A DNA stretch of 57,888 bases, filler included, from Jimgerdemannia flammicorona (lineage: Eukaryota), in NCBI GenBank assembly GCA_003990765.1. It is 3 parts of 3 records of this genome, joined end to end, with 100 filler letters (N's around TTAATTAATTAA, not from the genome) between each part and the next. Parts side by side here need not be neighbours in the genome. Positions count along the whole stretch, not along the records: positions 38,665 to 57,888 come from RBNJ01001995.1; 2 more parts are not named here. The stretch is one strand, 5' to 3'. The notes below the pieces were generated by a model. It was not told where the DNA came from and ran no database searches. It saw only the letters and a program-made list of their open reading frames with translations. Of this stretch, positions 52,851 to 57,888 are shown in pieces. The first letter of the stretch is position 1. Each line of letters begins with the position of its first letter. A program made the translations under genes and the position numbers.

Positions 52851-55134
52851 AAAGTTATATCAAAGACTGCTTCATTTATATAAATAGATTCATTATAAAA
52901 ATATGTCAGATAGACTGGCTTTGTAGTAAAATAGTAGACTTTTTAAATAAAGTGGACTTCTTTTCTTTATATCAGAAAGTAGACCAGAGTGAAAAAGAAT
53001 ATCAAACTTACAATCTTCTAAAGTGGTCTTAGAGTGGAGATTTCTCCTAAATATTATAATTCTTTCTGAATTAGATGACTTTTGGCAGACATATCTCTTG
53101 AAGTATAGTAGGCAGACTTTTCTTTTACTTTTAGTTTTAATTTCAGACTAAGGTTTATTCATACAAATCTCTGGAGTATTTTATATAGTTGTAGTTATTA
53201 TCTGACTACTTTATGGCTAACTATAGGTTGCTAGTTCTGGTAATATTCAGCTATCTTTATTGAGAATATGAATCTCAAATTCTGATATAGTGTACTAGCT
53301 AGAAATACTAATCTCAAATTCTGATATAGTATACTAACTATATTCTTATTTAGCTATCTGGATTACTTAAAAAAGTTATTATAGTAGAGTAGTCCTAATT
53401 GTCTAGTATACTTGATATAGTATACATATGTCTAAATTATATTAACTAATTTGAATAATAATTTGATATATTTTTCTGCTAGCTTATTATATTATCATAT
53501 TAGCTCTCACTAAAGAATAGTATTAATATTTAGGATAATCTTGATTTTGCCTATATATATCAAGGGTCTATTATTTATTCTTCTATAATTATTCCTTATC
53601 TAGTAAGTTTGGATCTTAAGGTTAGTTGGATTTAAGTTTCTCTGAGTAACTGCATAGCTAGTTCTATACTAAGTATTATTATTCTTTCAGACTTGATAAA
53701 TTTATCTCTAAGACTGTAAAGATCATATCTTATATCATTCTGGTGAGATTTTATTAGAGGTTTGGTCTTAAAATATAGCAAGATATACTGGGTAATATCT
53801 TTACTGAGTTTGGATTGTCCTCAGACTGAGGCTCTAGTAGATATGAGTCCCTAGGCTCTAAGATTGAGGTGTGACCATCTGACTCCAGTAGAGGGATCTT
53901 AGAGATAATTAATTTTTCTTTTTTTTATTGAATCTAAGACTTTTATAAAGTTGATGATATCTTCTATCCATCTTTGGGAGATTTTATATCTAAGAGTATT
54001 ATTTTCTAGATTATAGATCTTAAGAGTCTTCTTCTTTAATTTCTTGATCTAATTACTTCAGATCTGAGCTCTGTTATCTCTTTTCTTTAGTATATATATA
54101 ATAATATATTAACTGAGATAAATCTTCTGATATAGAGAGTCTTGACAATCTGGGTGTTTTTTATGATTATAGTATTCTATTACTTAAAAATGTAGTTCTT
54201 AGTTATTGACTTCTTATTGTCTTAAGAATTAGTATCTGTCCTTATCATAAGTTGGGAAAAGGATAACTAAGGGCTATACTTCTGTTCTAGTGAAGTAAGT
54301 GGTTTCTTGAAAATAGTTATCTGTTGTAACAGTGATCTCAGAATGATGATATTATTATAAGAGATAGTCTTTTCTTACAAGTTATGTATCAGATCAGAGC
54401 ACAAGAAGATCATATAGCATAACTCACCCAGGCTATAAAATGAGTAATGATGACCAACCATGAGTCATTGTGGCCACAAGACAGACATCTTGAGAAATAT
54501 AAAAGAAGGATCAAGAAATCACAGTAGTAGTAACTCAAGCAAGGCTTACAGAAATAGTTCAAAAGACTTACCACAAATAAAATATCTACTGCTCACCAAA
54601 CCTCAAGGTCCAGGAACCACCAAGGCCCCTCAGTTTAGGAAAGGATGTTCCAAGACATCAGAAGAGCCATGAGGACCTGTATAAGAAGAACTTCTAGCCT
54701 CAACCTGAGTACTGGTGACTCTTATCACTATATTCTCTACTGCTATGAAATGGAAACAAAGATCACTATCACTACTAAGTACCTCTGAATATAGCAGGAA
54801 TATGAAATAGGAAACCTCCTCTGTTGGGAATTCCCTCAGGCTAGTTCCTAAGAGATACCAGATGTCACTTCTATAGATATACATAAAATAAGAATAGCTA
54901 AAAAAATTCAACAGGTCTTCAGACATACACCATGGTCAATCTCCAACTTGGAGTATACTAGAGTCTCAGACTTCAATAAATTGTCAGCCTGTCATACCAA
55001 TGTACTGGAGGCCATGGTGGCCACAGAAGTCCAGTCCACTATCACTCTTAATAGTGATGAAGTAGAAGAGTTCTGAAATTCCATCCTCCAGGACAATCCA
55101 GATCAATTCCTACAAGGATTGATCTCAGCATTCT

Positions 55135-57888
55135 AAGGTTGGGGTGGAGCTGGTAGGGAGGCAGAGAGAAGGAGGAGGAGGCGAATACAGTGTGCCTCAA
55201 ATAGGCTGAGGAGATTGCAGTTGGAGTGGGCAGATTTGCTTACGTCTGATGAGGTGGAGGATTGGAGGTTAGAGTGGGCGAAATTGGAAGTTGTAGAACT
55301 GCAACAGGTGTTACAAGAGGAGGAGGAGACTCATATGCAAGGAATGGCAGCCAGGCTTAGGTGGCAGGGGCTTGAGGAGGGGGAGCAGCCTACTAGGTAC
55401 TTGTCTAGGCTCCTCAAAGCCAGGCGGGTGAGGCATAGGTGGGATGGGATCTTGGATGCTGAGGGAGAGTTGGTGCATGGCACACAGCAAATCCTGGGAG
55501 TATTGAAAGAGAATTGGCAGGGTCTGTGGAGTGAGGAAGAAGGGGGTGCTGATGCAGAGGCGATTGATGACACACTGGAGGAGTGGGAGCCACCCAGGTA
55601 GAGGGGCTGGGTGACTTGATCCTACCAGTCCAGGAGGAGGAGATACAAGGTGTCCTGGCAGCGACCAAGCTTGGGACAGTGCCAGGAGAGGGTGGGTTAC
55701 CGTGGGACTTCTGGAAGAAGATGGTGCAAGTCCCAGGGATGCTGGGAGAGATGGCAGCCCTCTGTGACTATGTTCTTCTGAATGGCATATGGGTTGGTGA
55801 GCAGGACTTAGGGCTGGTTGTCCTGCTGTACAAAAATAAGGTCTGGCATGAGAATTGGAAGAACTGGAGGCCAATCATGCTTCTGGATATGGATCGGAAG
55901 TTGGTGACTAAGGTGATTGTTACAAGGCTACAGAAGGTTGCTCAACAGGTGCTGGGGGAGGAGCAGCAGGGCTTTGTAGGTGGTAGACTTATCAGAGATG
56001 GCACTGCCTGGGTGCATGGCATTATTGAAGGAGCCCGGGCCTGTGGACTGGATGGGAGACTGGTTTTTTTGGACCAGGAGAAGGCCTACGACCGTGTTTG
56101 GTGGGTTTGGTTGGGCAAGGTACTGGACAGAATTGGCGTTCTGCCACAATTTCGGGCCTCTATGTTGAGTTTGTTAGAAGGGAGTAGAGTGGCGCTGATG
56201 TGTAATGGTCACAGGGGTTTGGCATTCCCCTTGGGGAGAGGAGTCCCTCAAGGGGACCTGCTGTCCCCTATCCTTTATGCACTCTCCTTTGAACCTTTGA
56301 TGGACAGGATCCATAAGAGGGTGACTGGGCTCTCTGTATATGATGTAGAGTGGAAGGTGGGTCTTTGCAGATGATATGGTAGTTAGACTTGGATCAGTAG
56401 TGGATGTAGAGGCTCTTCAGGGAACAGTGGAGTGGTATGAGGCACACTCTGGTGCAAAGCTCAACTGGCATAAGTGATAGATGATGGTGCTGGGGAATGG
56501 GCTAGTGGGAGGGGATGTCATTGGAACAATTGTCCCCACAGGAGAGGTGGTGCAGTACCTAGGTATCTTCCTCTCTGTATATGGATCAGTTCTACCACAG
56601 ATATGGTGGGAGAGGAGGGTGGACATTTGGGGAGAGGCTCTAAAAGGTTGGAGGGGTCGTCACATCTCCCTGACAGGGAGGGTGGCAATTCTGAATATAT
56701 AGTGGTTCCCCAAGCTATGGTATGTAGCATATCACTTAGACTTTCCCACTTGGGTGGTGAAGAGGCTGATGAAACTGGCTAGGGATTGGATTTGGGCTGG
56801 TAGAAGGACCCAGATCAGTTGGGATACCCTTGTTGAGCCAGTACTTAGGGGAGACCTGGGCCTTGTTGATTTCCCTAAGCAACTACACTGCCTGCGAGCT
56901 TGGTGGTTGAGAAGGGCTATTGAGCTACAGGGTGGAGGTTGGGTGCCATTGATGAAGAAGGTGTGGGAGATGAGAGTCTCCCCCCAGGGGTCCACAGGGG
57001 ATCTACTCTCTTTGGTGGGTCTGAATGGAAGCCGACGGCTACGGTATAAGGGCTTCTGGTGGGGAGTGGTCAATGGGGTGCACCAGATAGGCCTGCGCTG
57101 GCGTGACAATGAGGGGGAGGTGGTATGGGGTCCAGCTATGTGGTGATGGGACTATCTGCTTCTAGGGGGAGTTCTACTCACTGAGTTTGACATTGGAGAT
57201 AGAGTGGAGTATCAGTGGTGAATTGGCCAGGATCTTTGGCTGAGTAGTTGGCAGGTGGTGGGGATAGGTGAATGGTGGGACTGGACAGGGATCTGGTCTT
57301 GGAGTACAGAGGTGCAGCAGTGGCTTCCCCCCAAGTTCTGGATAGTGTGGTGGCAAATGTTGCAGAGGAATATTATGTTGAACTTCCATGCTGGGCATCT
57401 GGTGGATGGTGGTCAGCTGGATTGTGAGGAGTGTTATAATGTTGGGCAAGTTGGGAGTTTTGTACAAATGCCGGAACATTGGCTGGGGGAGTGTGAGGTT
57501 CTGGGTGACTTTTGGATAGCTGTAGGGAACCGACTTGGGGTTGAAAGGAGACCAGATGGAGAGAGAGGTCGCTGGGAAGATCTGGAATCTAGACTTGTGG
57601 GAGGTGTCGGCAATAGGTGGCTTACTGTAGGGTGGGTTGTGGCAGTGTGGGTGGGGTTGGCTGGACATTGGCTCTTTGTTTTTGAGGAGGGGTGACAGAT
57701 AGGGATACAGGAGAAGTTATTGAGATGGGAGGAGTTGGTGGCAGATTTGCTGACAGGGTGGTGGGTTGGATGAGGACTGTAAGGTGGGCAACATCACTGT
57801 CTGGTGGAAGAGATCTGTGAGCAGAGTGGTGGGCAGGTGGAGATGGTGTTTGATAAAGTGGTCTTTCGTCGAGAAGAGGTAGGGGGGG
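55135..57888 (+). mobile_element. LINE copy F, 5'-truncated, least mutated ORF2 (RT and CCHC), running off the window end
   Basis: WKNWRPIMLLDMDRKLVTK, LVFLDQEKAYDRV, GRGVPQGDLLSPILY, FADD (frameshifted), YLGI, CEEC...EHWLGEC. Confidence 0.93.

Noticed and set aside
52520..55134. AT-rich decayed region, possibly further retroelement remnants
   Set aside because: Too mutated to assign a family or boundaries.

Overview
Eukaryotic, intron-rich fungal-type DNA; an early-diverging fungus such as Mucoromycota is plausible but is only my inference. Two 100-nt N-gaps carry an artificial TTAATTAATTAA linker (19234-19333, 38565-38664), so adjacency across them is unproven. Block 1 (1-19233) is gene-rich and CpG-rich. 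It holds a complete 14-exon DOA4/USP8-type deubiquitinase on the minus strand and, tail-to-tail with it, a paralogue in which the rhodanese and USP8-dimer/MIT-like domains are in swapped order with no catalytic domain visible. It also holds a BTB-like protein, an HPT1/XPT1-type phosphoribosyltransferase, tRNA-Asn(GTT) and the 3' half of a pepsin-family protease. Blocks 2-3 are a CpG-depleted, transition-riddled transposon graveyard with resolvable nesting: Ty3/gypsy remnant > hAT-type MITE > L1/Tx1-like LINE > non-autonomous gag-dUTPase-protease LTR element (TSD GAGAT) > 6.5-kb hAT (TIRs, 8-bp TSD). The main discovery is inside that hAT: convergent to its transposase lies a spliced gene whose product looks like a TET/JBP-type 2OG-Fe(II) dioxygenase (HxD...H), a candidate anti-methylation cargo. 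Block 3 holds several LINE copies, including a full-length one with a 12-bp TSD and an apparent 5'-inverted (twin-priming-like) one. All family calls come from motif recognition by eye, not database searches.
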